From the NCBI GenBank assembly GCA_947176915.1, contig CAMWSM010000003.1:5566-69565 (forward strand): a stretch of DNA of 64,000 bases, read 5' to 3'. The translations under genes and the position numbers were made by a program. Below the pieces are notes generated by a model. The model was not told where the DNA came from. It saw nothing but the letters and a program-made list of their open reading frames with translations, and did not search any database. The stretch's first letter is position 1, and every line of letters begins with the position of its first letter. The stretch comes from an uncultured Porphyromonadaceae bacterium. Its GTDB lineage: Bacteria > Bacteroidota > Bacteroidia > Bacteroidales > Muribaculaceae. Of the stretch, positions 30,405 through 40,977 are shown piece by piece.

Positions 30405-30847
30405 TTCCGACTACTAAATCCTTCTACCGCCCCGGCGAGGTCTCATCCATGCTCGGCGTGGCCCCGTCCACCCTCCGGTATTGGGAAGATGTGTTTCCTC
30501 AACTCAATCCGGAACGATCGCCGGCCGGAACCCGCAGATACGCCCAGAAGGACATCGACACATGCCGCGACATCATGTTCCTGATCCGCGACAAGGGTCT
30601 CTCCATCGAATACGCCCAGAAGGAAATGGCCCGGCAACGCAAATACCCTCCGAGACAGCCACGCAAATGCACGTCAGTTGCCGAAGCTGTCTCCCTGCTC
30701 AACGAGGTCAGAGAGTCCACAGAAGACCCCCACATGGCTTCTGCCGTTGACTCGGTGATAAAATACCTCGAAGCTATTCAAGCGGATAATCAGTCAACCG
30801 ATTCTCAGCATGCTTCAAACCGAAGGTCAGACGCTGATTTCATCTGA
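30401..30847 (+). CDS. MerR-family HTH protein
   Basis: YRPGEVSSMLGVAPSTLRYWE...P.RSPAGTRRY. Confidence 0.88.
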   Translation: MIPTTKSFYRPGEVSSMLGVAPSTLRYWEDVFPQLNPERSPAGTRRYAQKDIDTCRDIMFLIRDKGLSIEYAQKEMARQRKYPPRQPRKCTSVAEAVSLLNEVRESTEDPHMASAVDSVIKYLEAIQADNQSTDSQHASNRRSDADFI

Positions 30848-31309
30848 ATTTGTTGAGAACTGCATAAATATACAATTATCCATCAAGTTTTATTCAAGCG
30901 CAATTTACCCATACAGTATAATGATCCATCAAACACCATATCATCATAATCATGAACACAAACGGATTGAGGGAGTGAAGCGAAGTGAGGGTATAGTCTG
31001 CCTCTTGAGGGCGACGCACCCCCGGCAGGCAACCCTCCGAACACAATCGGCCTATCGGTCGTTCGCTTCGTTTCGGGGCGGGGTCGCGGATGATCGTTCC
31101 CGCTTGGGTGTTTGCTCCATCATCGAGCCGTCCCTGCATCACCCTTTCGCCTTGCAGTGCGATTTGGACGTTCCCACAGTATCGCCATACGATCACGCCC
31201 TGCCGTTGACTATCCCGTCCAGCGTGAAAGCGGCTTTCGCCTTTATGACCTCTACCCCCGCCTCCTATGCCTGCCGTACTTCAGTTCCGGCAGGTCTTAC
31301 GACTGAGAC

Positions 31310-31426
31310 AAAAAAAGAAGAGCCGCATCTTGTGGGGAGACTATGCGGCTCTTCGGATTCAGGAATCAGCACGTGACTCCCGTGATATTTTCAGCCATCG
31401 TCTCCCCTTGATGCACTGCAAAATTA
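31310..31426 (-). ncRNA. Promoter-driven ~100-nt leader RNA with intrinsic terminator
   Basis: TAATTTTG (31426-19); hairpin GAAGAGCCGCAT/ATGCGGCTCTTC (31317-31354) followed by U7. Confidence 0.6.
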
Positions 31427-31506
31427 CAACGATAAATCAGAATATGCAATACCCCGAAATAACCGAGTTTTTGTATTTGTTAAAACTTTTAACAATCACC
31501 TCCGCT

Positions 31507-31781
31507 TGTTTGAACGATGTTTGAACGATGTTTGAACATAAAATCAAGAGCTTGGCAAATCATTTAAAATTAACAAATTACTCTTGGTTGTAAGTTTGCA
31601 CAAAAAATTTGAAGTAACTCAAAATTCACATGTCTAACAAATCATAGTTAACAAAATGAAGCACAATATCAATAAGTTAAATATCAATAAATTATTATAT
31701 ATATTCTTATAAAGAGGCTTTCTGTTTCTTTTCGTATAAATGTGTTACATTATGTATCTTTTGTTTGAACACGTTCAAGCA
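31507..31781. other. Probable attP with integrase arm-type sites
   Basis: TGTTTGAAC at 31507, 31518 and 31529 (11-bp period) and at 31762, plus an inverted TGCTTGAAC at 31773-81, flanking an AT-rich core just upstream of the integrase. Confidence 0.65.
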
Positions 31782-31839
31782 GAAAACGAGTAAAATCTTT
31801 AATATTAATTAACATATAAGTTAATATAATTTAACAATT

Positions 31840-33090
31840 ATGACCTATAAGTTTGTAGTCCGCAAGGAGAGAAACAATGCTGTGATGCTCCGTCTGACGG
31901 CCAACAGGAAGAGTTCGGAGCTTTCCCTCGGTGTATCCGTCGCTCCCGAAACCCTCGAAGAAATACTCCATGGTGAAACTCCAAAGGGGTACAAGGAACA
32001 GTCTATGGTGATACGGCATTACCAGTATGTTTTGGAAGATCTGATAGAGCAACTTAAGGATGAAGGAGTAAAGATATTTTCGGCCTCCGAATTCCAGCAG
32101 CGCATCCGCAAGGAGATAGAGGGGAGAAAAAGCCCAAAGACTTCCGAAAGTAAGAGAAGTGACATCTATCCAGTCTTTGAAGAGAAGATAGGGACCTTAC
32201 GTAACCTTAATACACAAGAGACTTATACTAAGGCTCTTGGGTATATAAAATGCTTCTGCGCGGATGAGGAAAATCCACTGCGAAAAGATCAGGAAGCTCT
32301 CATGTTCGCAGACATAACACCCAAATGGCTGACCGCCTTCGATAATTGGATGGCTGAAAAAAGAAACCTTAAGACCAATTCAAGGTGGCTCTATCTTCTG
32401 AAACTCCGCGCAATCGTCAATAAGGCCCTTGACGATGAGATCATAGAAAAGGATCCGTTTCGACGCTTCAAGATACAAAGAGAAAAGACACGTAAGCGCT
32501 CCTTGTCGGTAGACGACCTTCGGCTTCTTTTCAATTACCAGGGCACGAAGATCCAGCAATATTACATTGATATGTTTAAACTGATTTTTATGCTCTGTGG
32601 AATCAACACCAAAGATCTCTACAACCTCAAAAGCATTACCCGCAACGGACGTATCGAATATAGACGCGCCAAAACAGGGCGTCTGTATTCAATCAAGGTT
32701 GAACCGGAAGCGATGGCGTTGATTAATAAATACAAGGGCACGGATTATCTTCTGATCATAGCGGAGAAAACTCCGGCCTTCAGGTCATATACATCACTTT
32801 TCAACGGTATGCTTAAACGAATCGGGAAAAAGATTGATGCACAGTTGGTGGCCGATAAAAAGAAATCCGACAAGGAGGAATCCGACCTATCGCAAATTTC
32901 CCCGTATTGGGCCCGCCACACATGGGCAACGATAGCGCGAAAACTGAAGGTTCCCATCGACGACATAGCACTTGCTCTCGGACACAGCACAGGACACGAT
33001 ACAACCGACATCTATATAGCGGAAGACCATGAAGCGATCGACATAGCCAACCGCCGCGTCCTCGACTATGTGCTGTACGGCAAATCCTAA
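31840..33090 (+). CDS. int: Tyrosine integrase, Bacteroidales type
   Basis: Arm, SAM-like and catalytic domains; YRRAKTG, YWARHTWAT, ALGHS, TTDIY. Confidence 0.95.
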   Translation: MTYKFVVRKERNNAVMLRLTANRKSSELSLGVSVAPETLEEILHGETPKGYKEQSMVIRHYQYVLEDLIEQLKDEGVKIFSASEFQQRIRKEIEGRKSPKTSESKRSDIYPVFEEKIGTLRNLNTQETYTKALGYIKCFCADEENPLRKDQEALMFADITPKWLTAFDNWMAEKRNLKTNSRWLYLLKLRAIVNKALDDEIIEKDPFRRFKIQREKTRKRSLSVDDLRLLFNYQGTKIQQYYIDMFKLIFMLCGINTKDLYNLKSITRNGRIEYRRAKTGRLYSIKVEPEAMALINKYKGTDYLLIIAEKTPAFRSYTSLFNGMLKRIGKKIDAQLVADKKKSDKEESDLSQISPYWARHTWATIARKLKVPIDDIALALGHSTGHDTTDIYIAEDHEAIDIANRRVLDYVLYGKS

Positions 33091-36000
33091 CCCTTCAGGG
33101 AAGAGTTGACAACAAACCTCCCCTTCTCGTACACCACTACCCTGTTGAGAAGCGTGTAGATGTCCGACAGGTGCCGCTCCATCCTCGGAAGGCTTGCAAG
33201 ATGCTGGTTGGCGGCGGTCAGCAGGTCGGTGTAGTCTATGGTCTTCGCCGGGCCTGCGCTTCCGCCGGAGACCGTAGCCGACCCTCCCTGCAGGATCATC
33301 CTGATCGCCGCCACGTTCTCGCCGATGGCCGGGACGTGGCTGAGATAGTAGTTCTGCGTATTGAGCGCGGCGGTGTTGGCGTTTATCTCCTCGCTTGTCG
33401 CGCCCGCCACGTTCTTCGCGATTCCGGTGTAGCTTTCGTCTGCCTCGCCGATAAGCTGCTTCATGTCGTAGCCACGCGCCTCCAATGCTTTCCACAGCAC
33501 CTCCATACCGTTGTTGGCGGCGTTGAGCGCATCATCCATGCCGCCGACAAGGGAATCAATTGCTCCGTCAATGTTGTTGTCTTTCAGCATCGCGTCCATC
33601 TTGTCCCACATCGGAGTCAGGGCGTTCTCTATGACCCTCGCGGCGGCTCCCTCCACGAGCATGTTCTTAATCATCTCGGAGTAGTCGCCCTTGATTGCGG
33701 CGAAGGTGTCCGACATCGAAACCCTTGCGTCAATCCACGACTGCGCCATCTGCCGGGCTACATCCTGGCGGTTGGTGCCGGTGAACTTCTCGACAAGCTG
33801 GGTCTGCATGTCGGCGATCTCGTCCATCGTGTCCCGGTATGAGTTCTCATACTCCTTCAGTTTCTCCTTGTCGGTCTTCTTCCCTTTGCTCTTCTCTGCT
33901 TCAGCCTGTTTCTGATAAGCCTCCGCCTGTGCTTCAAGATTCTGCAACTCCTGATTGTAGTTGCGGATATAGTCTGCGCCGAAAGCTTTCTCAGCCGCCT
34001 TCTGTACCCGTGAGTAGGTGTATTCAAGCTGCTCCAGGAGTTCCTGCTGACGGCGTATCTCCTTGTTCGCCTTGCGGATTCTGTTGGCGTTGAAGAGATT
34101 CACAAACCCTACAAACATCTTAGGGATGGCGGTCAGCGTCGAGCTTATGACACCCACCACATTACCGCTCATGGCCGCGCTGACGATGTCCTGTATTCCT
34201 CCCGAAATCTCTCCGAGAGCCGAAGCCACATCGTTCCAGTACTGCACGTCCTCCTCGTCCGCGCCGAGGGCTTCGGAAATATCAGCCACCGCTCCGGCTA
34301 TGTCGCCGGCCCAGTTGAGCATCTGCATAAGCTCATTGGAGGAAAGACCGATTGCATCCTTGACTTTCTTCCAGTTCTCAAGAGCCTTCGCCGCTGCGTC
34401 CTCATTTGCCGCCGCATTGTCAAACTTCAGTTTGGCCGCCGCTATCTCCTCCTGCGTGGACTTCTCATCGTCAAGCACCGCAAGGTATTCCCTCTCGGCT
34501 TCCAGACGCGCCTTTGCCGCTGCGTCAAGTGCCTTTTCCGCGCCCTTCTCGCTCTTATTGCCAAGACCGTCCCCCGCTTTGCCCAGCCCCCGGTAATCCC
34601 GGATGCCGTCAGCAATCGTCTTGAACGGATTGCGACGGGCAAGCTGAGTATCTATCTCGTTGAGACGCCCCTGCAACTCCTTCAACTGCGTAGGATCGAG
34701 GTTCTTCCACTCCCCCTGCATGGCGATGAGGCGGTTCCTCATGTTCCCCAGCATCCGCGTGGAAGCATTGTCGAGATCATCAAACATTTGCACATACATC
34801 GGAGAGTCCTTGAACGCCTCGTATTGCAGTTTCGCCACCTCCTCCGCTTCCTTGCGCTTGAATCCAGCGATAAGGTCGGAACCAATGCCCTTATCGAGCT
34901 GTCCGCTATCCATCTTCTTCTGAATAGCCTCTATCTCAGTTGCTGTCTTCCGGTACACGTCAGCGAGCTTGTCGCCGTAGGTCTTCGCCTTCTCAGTCGC
35001 TTTCATCCAGCCCTCTATGGTCTTCGCAAAGTCTTTCTCGGCGTTGTCTGATAGCTTTATAAGTTCCTGATACGCCTTACTCTCCATTCCTCCGAGTGCA
35101 TCCTTTTGAGCTTCAGCAAACTCCCGTAGCTTCTTCGGGTCAAGAGAGTCGTCAGGGAAGAACACGCCCATGTCGAGAGTGGCCGACGTTGAGCCGACAA
35201 TCGCCCTGATCTGCTCCTGTATCTGTTTGTCAAGGCTTTCCCCGTCCTCTCCGTAAATGGAGGTGGTCAGGTTGATTGCGAGCTCCGCGTCTCCCGTCTG
35301 CGAGAGTATCTTGTCGTAAAACTCCTTCGCCATCTTGGTACGGGAGATGCGGTCGGCGAGCTTCTTCAACTCGGCTTCGATGTTCTTCTGCGAATCGTCA
35401 ATACCTACCTTCTCGATAGTCCAGCGGAGTTCTTCCAAATCCTTGTCAAGCGAAGGGAATGCCTTGCGCGGCAACTGCTCCATCTTTCCATAGAGGATTT
35501 CAAGAGCCGACACAACGTCATTGGCGGTCTTAGGAAGTCCTATGCCGTACTTCTTGGAGAGCATGGCGATTGTGTCCTTTGCCATACGGTTCATGTCGGC
35601 GGTGGCTTTCGTCGCGCCCTCCTGCTTATCCAGTTGCTTGTACTCCTGATAGAGTTTCTGCACAAGCGAGATTTCCTCTTTGAGGTTCTGGAGACGTGGG
35701 TCGGACTTACGGCCACCACTCTTCTTCTTCTTTTGCACTGTATATCCCTCAGTAAACGGCACAAGCTTGTCAAGAGCCTCAATCTCTTTTTTCATCTGCT
35801 CGACTTCTGCTTCAATATCCTTGCCGAGAAGTTTGTTCCACCACTTACTGATAACCCCCATGTTGAGCAATGTCTGCTCTTTCTCCTTGAGTCTTGCTTT
35901 GAGTGTTTCCTGCTGTTCTTTGAGCTTTTTGAGATAATCGTCCACGCTTCCGCTTCCATCCCAAAGATATTTCTTCATCTTGTCAATGGAAACCCCGAAA

Positions 36001-39000
36001 GAATCCGCCACATCAAGCAACTTCTGACGAATCTGGACGGCAGTGGGATTGGTAGGCGCGACATTGCCCCATTCTTTCTGGATTTGACGTATCTTGTCAG
36101 CAATTTGTGGATATTTGGCATTGAGGGCCTTGATTATGGCATCGAAGTTAACGGTGGTGATCTCCATCAGGTTATCCGGATCGACACTCGCTACCAGATG
36201 GATCCAGTCTTCATTCCATTCCGTTTCCTTGTCCTTGATCGCATTTTCGATGGAAGTGTCGCTTTTTATCATATCCGCAACAACCTTCATCGTCTCGTTT
36301 GCCTTTACCTGCTGGCCCAGAAGGGTGTTTTCGTTTATAGCGGAACCGTCAGGATTGGTCAGTGTAAGGTCACTGATTTTCTTTTTAGTTTCTTCAATCG
36401 CCTTCTGAAATTCATACGAGGCTCCGGCCATTCCTTTCATCCGGTTTTCAAAATCAGCAGATTCCCTGTCCAGATCGCCGAGCGCGTTGTAAAATTCCAC
36501 AAGATACTTATCGCTCGCCCAGATAAGGTCATACCATGGGCTTCCGGCGTTTGCGGCCTGAAGGTTAGACATCTCGACCCCATACTTCCTGGCGGCAGCA
36601 ATCATCCGCTGGGTTATGGTGCGGGTGTCCCTTTCTCCTTTTTCAAGCTTCTCTTGAAAATCCCTCTGCATTTCGCCGACGATGTTTGCGGCGACATCAC
36701 GCCCTATCTTCATTTCAGAAACAAGTCCATCAATCAGTTTCTTCGATGATTTATTGATTTCCGCACCATAATTCTCCGAAATCTCACTTAGACCCTTCTG
36801 CATCTGCTGGGTGGCGATATACTCCCTCAGAGTCGCCGTAAGCTCACCATAGCTATGATTCATCTGGCGCAGGTTTTCAAGCTTCAATGCGTCCTGAGGC
36901 AGAATCTCACCGTAGGTCCTGCTCAGTTCGGCGAGTGCGTCACGTTGCTTCCTGCTTCCGTCAGCCGCATTTACGGCTGCCTCGGCAAGATGCTCAAATC
37001 TTCCGACAGACTGGGTCTGCAATCTGATTGTTTCGGCCTCAATCTCATTCAATGCGCGTTTGAGTCTCGTAGCCTTTTCCACCGCTCCGGCAATCGCTAC
37101 TCCGATAGCAGCAGCAGCCGTTATGAGGATTGTCATCCAGTTGCCCATAAACGCGGCTTTAAGTTTCTCAACAGATCGTGTCCAGAACCCGGTTGCGTTT
37201 GCGGCGGTACGTTCCGCTATCGCCGCATCCAAAGCGGCTTTTGCATTCGCTTTCCTTGCGGCTACTGATTGAAGCTGGGCGGCTGTCCCGACTTTCAACA
37301 GCTTGGCTTCCTCGGCAAGAATGGCATTGTATGCCATACCCGCGTTGCGAACTTTATTCAATGCGGCAGCCTGTAATGAGGTTGTGGTGGCGTTTATCTG
37401 ATTTCTTCTAACCACAATGCCGATTGCGGTTCCGACGACAAAGAGTTCCGCAGCGACCAATCCCCAGTTCTTCATCAGGTCAGTTGCAAGCTGTATCAAC
37501 CCTTTCATGACCGAGTTTACAGCACCGGTACGCCCTATCTCGTCATACATCACCGACGCGGCATCCCCCAACTTCGCCCACAAGCCGTAAAGGGTATTGC
37601 CCTGCTTCTCCTGCATGTTGTAGAATATACCTCCGGCGGAAGTCATATCGTCGAACACTTCCTTCACCATGTCGAAGCCGATGGCGCGCTTGGAGACCAT
37701 GTCCATAACGTCTGCGGCCGTCACCAACTCTCCGTTCATCTTCGAGAGTTTCGCCGCAAGCTCCTCCACGATCGGCACACCCATTTCAGTGAACTGCCTG
37801 ATTTCCGAGGCGCGAAGGTGTCCGGTTGCGCGGACCTGGCCGTAGGCAAGCACCACGCGGTCCATAGACACACCGAGACCGACCGACACGTCAGTCAGTT
37901 TCTTTGTGGTCTCAAACAGCTCGTCATAGCCTATTTTGTATGCGGCCAACTGCTTGGTGTATTTCGTGAGGTCAAGGATGGAGACCGGGGATTTGAGGGC
38001 GAAAGACTTGATTTCGGAGAAGAGCTGATTGGCTTTCGTCTGATCCTGCAATATCGCGCCGAGCGACACACGTTGAAGCTCGAACTGAGCCGTAACCTCG
38101 CGTACGTTTCTGACGAAATTTCCAAGCATGCCTATGGAACCGTAGACGGCCATACGGCGCACGAGGCGGTCAAGATATGTCAGTTGCTTAGCGTATTCCT
38201 GATTGACGTTTTGAATGTTTCTTGTCCGTGTCTTTGCGCTTGAAGAAGATTGCCCGGTCAGTTCCGCCACTTTACGTTGTGCGTTTTCAAGTTTCCTTGT
38301 CAGACGCTCCACCTCCGCCGCTATCTTCTTGAACTTCGCCGAATCCATATTGGCGTTGTTCAGACGCTGTCTTTGAAGCTGTAGTTTCGCGGAAATCTCG
38401 GAGATCGTCTTTTCCTGATTCTTAAGGATCCGATATTGTTCAAGCCCTGCCTGTCTTGCCTTGTTGTAAGCCGCCTGCTGTTCCTTGTTCTTGGCGTTTC
38501 TTCTTTCGATCAGACGGTTTATCTCCTTCTCGCGTTCAAGCTGAGCGTCTGCGGCGGTCTTCATCATCCTGTTGATTTCCTCGGTCAGACGCATACGCTC
38601 TTTCAGCATGGCGTTCACGCTGTCTGTATACGTTCCGTCGGCTTTCGTGGCGCGTCCGCTCTGATAGAGCCTGTTGAACTGCTTGTCAATATCGTCTATC
38701 TGTCTGCGGAGATTCTGCACAGCCTCGGTCTGCTGTGCCGTGAAGTTGGTGGATAGTCCTCTGAAAGCCTTGCTTTGAAAGTCGTTGAGATACTGATTGG
38801 CGCGTTGCAGTTCCTCGGAAAGACGGCGCACCTCCATAGCTGTCTTATTCCAAGCCTCCGAGCCTACTTGCTGTTTCTGAATGAGTGACTGGTAAAATTG
38901 CAGCTTGGCATTCAGGTTTACAAGGCGTTCTTCATTCGACTGAAGCATCTGTCTTGTAGCTTTCCATTGTTCCAATGCTTTCCGGGCAGCCTCTGTAGCC

Positions 39001-40541
39001 TTTTTATGTTCTTCCTCATATCTGCGAAGATCCTCGTTGTGCTGCTTCTGTGCATCATCAGCAGTACGTAGGGTGTCTGAGAGTTTTTTTGTCTCTTCGG
39101 CACGCTGAGTCAAGATGTTTTTGGCACTGTCGGTCAGATTCCCTTTTTTATCGTATGCCAATCCCTGCGCATTGAGAGAGTTGAATTGCTCGGAAAGAAG
39201 TCTGATCTGCTCCCTGTAGCGTTGCACTTCCTCGACTTTGCTTTTAGTCCAGCTTTCCCCTAATCCCTGAAAGGATTTCTGCTGGAAGTCTTGCATATAT
39301 TGCGTCGCGATTTCCAGTTCACGGTTATATTTGGCAATCATATTGGCTGCGACATTCCATCCGTCAGATCCGATTTTTTCAGTCTGAATCTTAGACTGCC
39401 AAGCAGAAAGACGGGTATTCAGACCTTCCAAGGTATCAGATGCGGCTTTCAATGCCTCTCTGAACAGACGAAGCTTCTCGGTCTTTGCGACCTCTGCATT
39501 CATCTGCTCCAATTTTGTGGTCAGACTGCTTGCGGCATTCATTGCATCCCTGAACTCCTTACTTCCGAAATCAGACCTTCGCATCAAATCCTGATATGCC
39601 TGAATCTTAGCCGTTAAGTCGGTAAGGGTGGATTCGGGCATGATCGATATTGGCTTGGAAGTTATTTCCATCTGCTTGCGTTTGAGATTGTCAAGCTTTT
39701 CTTCAAGCCTAACTATCTCCTTGGCGGCATACGCGAACTGACCGCTTCCTTCCACGGAACGGTTCATGATGCCGTGCCAGATCTTCAGTTTGGCGTTTAC
39801 TCGGTCAATGGAGTTTTCCTCCTGAAGGAGAGCGGACTTTATGCGGGCGCGCTCCTGAAGGCGTTTCTCGGTAACCTTCACGTCATTGTCTGTGACTTTC
39901 TTCTGAGAAAGATTAAGCTTATCAAGCTGCTCCCTGAGCTGCTGTACCATCTGTGAGTTGTAGGCCCATTTCTTGCTCCCCTTGTCAGCGGAGTTCATCT
40001 GCTTTGTGTAGAAATTGAGCCGTGCGGTCAGACTCGTCACGCTGTTCTCCTCGTTTTTCAGCATGTCTACAAGTGCCTGACTCTTTGCCTTTCGCTTTTC
40101 AAGTTCCGCCTGAGCCTTCTGATTGGTTCGTATCTCCGCGTCCGCCGCCTTCTTCGCCGCCGACGCTATCTGCTCCAGACTGCGGGCATAACTCTCGCTC
40201 GCCGTCACAAGTTGGCTGTAACGGTTGATAATCTTCATGGCATCTGCCGTGAACGCACCGCTCTTCTGGTCCGTTATGCGCTGTGCCTCGCTGAGCTTGT
40301 TCCACTGCTCGATAAGTTTCGCCATCTCCTTGCGCATGGCGTTGATACTGCCCTTGCCGTAGTCTCCGAGTTTCTTGTCCCATCCACCCTTAGGCTGTTC
40401 TATCTCTATGCCAAGCTTAAGCGGACGCGAGTTAATCATCGTGCCGAGTCTTTTCAGCACTCTGTCCGCGTCTCCGCTTGCCTCCTTTACTGCCGCCTCC
40501 AGGTCGAACTTGACCGGGAAAACCAATTTGCCGTCTGCCAT
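33087..40541 (-). CDS. Tape measure protein, 2484 aa
   Basis: Long helical Ala/Lys/Glu-rich ORF with a tape-measure core (LGVSMDRVVLAYGQVRATGHLRASEIRQF); late-gene context. Confidence 0.93.
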   Translation of the reverse strand: MADGKLVFPVKFDLEAAVKEASGDADRVLKRLGTMINSRPLKLGIEIEQPKGGWDKKLGDYGKGSINAMRKEMAKLIEQWNKLSEAQRITDQKSGAFTADAMKIINRYSQLVTASESYARSLEQIASAAKKAADAEIRTNQKAQAELEKRKAKSQALVDMLKNEENSVTSLTARLNFYTKQMNSADKGSKKWAYNSQMVQQLREQLDKLNLSQKKVTDNDVKVTEKRLQERARIKSALLQEENSIDRVNAKLKIWHGIMNRSVEGSGQFAYAAKEIVRLEEKLDNLKRKQMEITSKPISIMPESTLTDLTAKIQAYQDLMRRSDFGSKEFRDAMNAASSLTTKLEQMNAEVAKTEKLRLFREALKAASDTLEGLNTRLSAWQSKIQTEKIGSDGWNVAANMIAKYNRELEIATQYMQDFQQKSFQGLGESWTKSKVEEVQRYREQIRLLSEQFNSLNAQGLAYDKKGNLTDSAKNILTQRAEETKKLSDTLRTADDAQKQHNEDLRRYEEEHKKATEAARKALEQWKATRQMLQSNEERLVNLNAKLQFYQSLIQKQQVGSEAWNKTAMEVRRLSEELQRANQYLNDFQSKAFRGLSTNFTAQQTEAVQNLRRQIDDIDKQFNRLYQSGRATKADGTYTDSVNAMLKERMRLTEEINRMMKTAADAQLEREKEINRLIERRNAKNKEQQAAYNKARQAGLEQYRILKNQEKTISEISAKLQLQRQRLNNANMDSAKFKKIAAEVERLTRKLENAQRKVAELTGQSSSSAKTRTRNIQNVNQEYAKQLTYLDRLVRRMAVYGSIGMLGNFVRNVREVTAQFELQRVSLGAILQDQTKANQLFSEIKSFALKSPVSILDLTKYTKQLAAYKIGYDELFETTKKLTDVSVGLGVSMDRVVLAYGQVRATGHLRASEIRQFTEMGVPIVEELAAKLSKMNGELVTAADVMDMVSKRAIGFDMVKEVFDDMTSAGGIFYNMQEKQGNTLYGLWAKLGDAASVMYDEIGRTGAVNSVMKGLIQLATDLMKNWGLVAAELFVVGTAIGIVVRRNQINATTTSLQAAALNKVRNAGMAYNAILAEEAKLLKVGTAAQLQSVAARKANAKAALDAAIAERTAANATGFWTRSVEKLKAAFMGNWMTILITAAAAIGVAIAGAVEKATRLKRALNEIEAETIRLQTQSVGRFEHLAEAAVNAADGSRKQRDALAELSRTYGEILPQDALKLENLRQMNHSYGELTATLREYIATQQMQKGLSEISENYGAEINKSSKKLIDGLVSEMKIGRDVAANIVGEMQRDFQEKLEKGERDTRTITQRMIAAARKYGVEMSNLQAANAGSPWYDLIWASDKYLVEFYNALGDLDRESADFENRMKGMAGASYEFQKAIEETKKKISDLTLTNPDGSAINENTLLGQQVKANETMKVVADMIKSDTSIENAIKDKETEWNEDWIHLVASVDPDNLMEITTVNFDAIIKALNAKYPQIADKIRQIQKEWGNVAPTNPTAVQIRQKLLDVADSFGVSIDKMKKYLWDGSGSVDDYLKKLKEQQETLKARLKEKEQTLLNMGVISKWWNKLLGKDIEAEVEQMKKEIEALDKLVPFTEGYTVQKKKKSGGRKSDPRLQNLKEEISLVQKLYQEYKQLDKQEGATKATADMNRMAKDTIAMLSKKYGIGLPKTANDVVSALEILYGKMEQLPRKAFPSLDKDLEELRWTIEKVGIDDSQKNIEAELKKLADRISRTKMAKEFYDKILSQTGDAELAINLTTSIYGEDGESLDKQIQEQIRAIVGSTSATLDMGVFFPDDSLDPKKLREFAEAQKDALGGMESKAYQELIKLSDNAEKDFAKTIEGWMKATEKAKTYGDKLADVYRKTATEIEAIQKKMDSGQLDKGIGSDLIAGFKRKEAEEVAKLQYEAFKDSPMYVQMFDDLDNASTRMLGNMRNRLIAMQGEWKNLDPTQLKELQGRLNEIDTQLARRNPFKTIADGIRDYRGLGKAGDGLGNKSEKGAEKALDAAAKARLEAEREYLAVLDDEKSTQEEIAAAKLKFDNAAANEDAAAKALENWKKVKDAIGLSSNELMQMLNWAGDIAGAVADISEALGADEEDVQYWNDVASALGEISGGIQDIVSAAMSGNVVGVISSTLTAIPKMFVGFVNLFNANRIRKANKEIRRQQELLEQLEYTYSRVQKAAEKAFGADYIRNYNQELQNLEAQAEAYQKQAEAEKSKGKKTDKEKLKEYENSYRDTMDEIADMQTQLVEKFTGTNRQDVARQMAQSWIDARVSMSDTFAAIKGDYSEMIKNMLVEGAAARVIENALTPMWDKMDAMLKDNNIDGAIDSLVGGMDDALNAANNGMEVLWKALEARGYDMKQLIGEADESYTGIAKNVAGATSEEINANTAALNTQNYYLSHVPAIGENVAAIRMILQGGSATVSGGSAGPAKTIDYTDLLTAANQHLASLPRMERHLSDIYTLLNRVVVYEKGRFVVNSSLKG

Positions 40542-40615
40542 CTTGTATAAGAATTATGAGCCGACCACTTCTGTGATGCGGCTCATAGGCTCTGGCTCGG
40601 TTATGAATACGGATA

Positions 40616-40687
40616 CAAAGATAATAAAAATATTTAAAGTTTCATTAGCGATTTACTTGCATATATCATTTTTATTTGGTAACTTTG
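40616..40687. promoter_or_regulatory. Divergent promoters around a 24-bp box
   Basis: Minus strand TATCTTTG (40623-16) upstream of the tape measure gene; box 40632-40655; plus strand CTTG, 20 nt, TAACTTTG (40680-87). Confidence 0.7.
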
Positions 40688-40846
40688 CGTCGTGAAATTA
40701 AATCGTGTCGGGCAGGACATCGGTAAAAACATATTCAGAAGCTCAAATGAGTAAGTACACACTGCCCTGTGTATTGAAAATTTGAGCTTTCTTTTTTTTA
40801 AGAACTCCGGCAATATTGCCACAAAACCATAAATACTGAATGCCTA

Positions 40847-40977
40847 TGGCGAACAAGAAAACAATCACCGTGGAGTTAAACCGCGATTCGGTCAACGGAA
40901 GATTCGTGACCGCTGAATATGCGAAGAAACACCCGAGGACTACGCAGACCGAGCACCGGAAGAAAAAGATAAAGTGA
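40847..40977 (+). pseudogene. Small RDSxxGRF...HPxTT peptide, out of frame with its ATG (or GTG start at 40870)
   Basis: ATG 40847 reads MANKK then stops after 10 codons; the -1 frame reads TITVELNRDSVNGRFVTAEYAKKHPRTTQTEHRKKKIK*. Confidence 0.55.

Noticed and set aside
30950-31310. Group II intron remnant or self-cleaving ribozyme
   Set aside because: No domain V consensus and no hammerhead core were found by eye; kept only as an unidentified structured region.
32580-32960. Integrase inactive because the first catalytic Arg reads GINTKD and HxxR reads YWAR
   Set aside because: As far as I recall, these substitutions together with YxRxKT are common in Bacteroidales integrases; the ORF and catalytic Tyr are intact.
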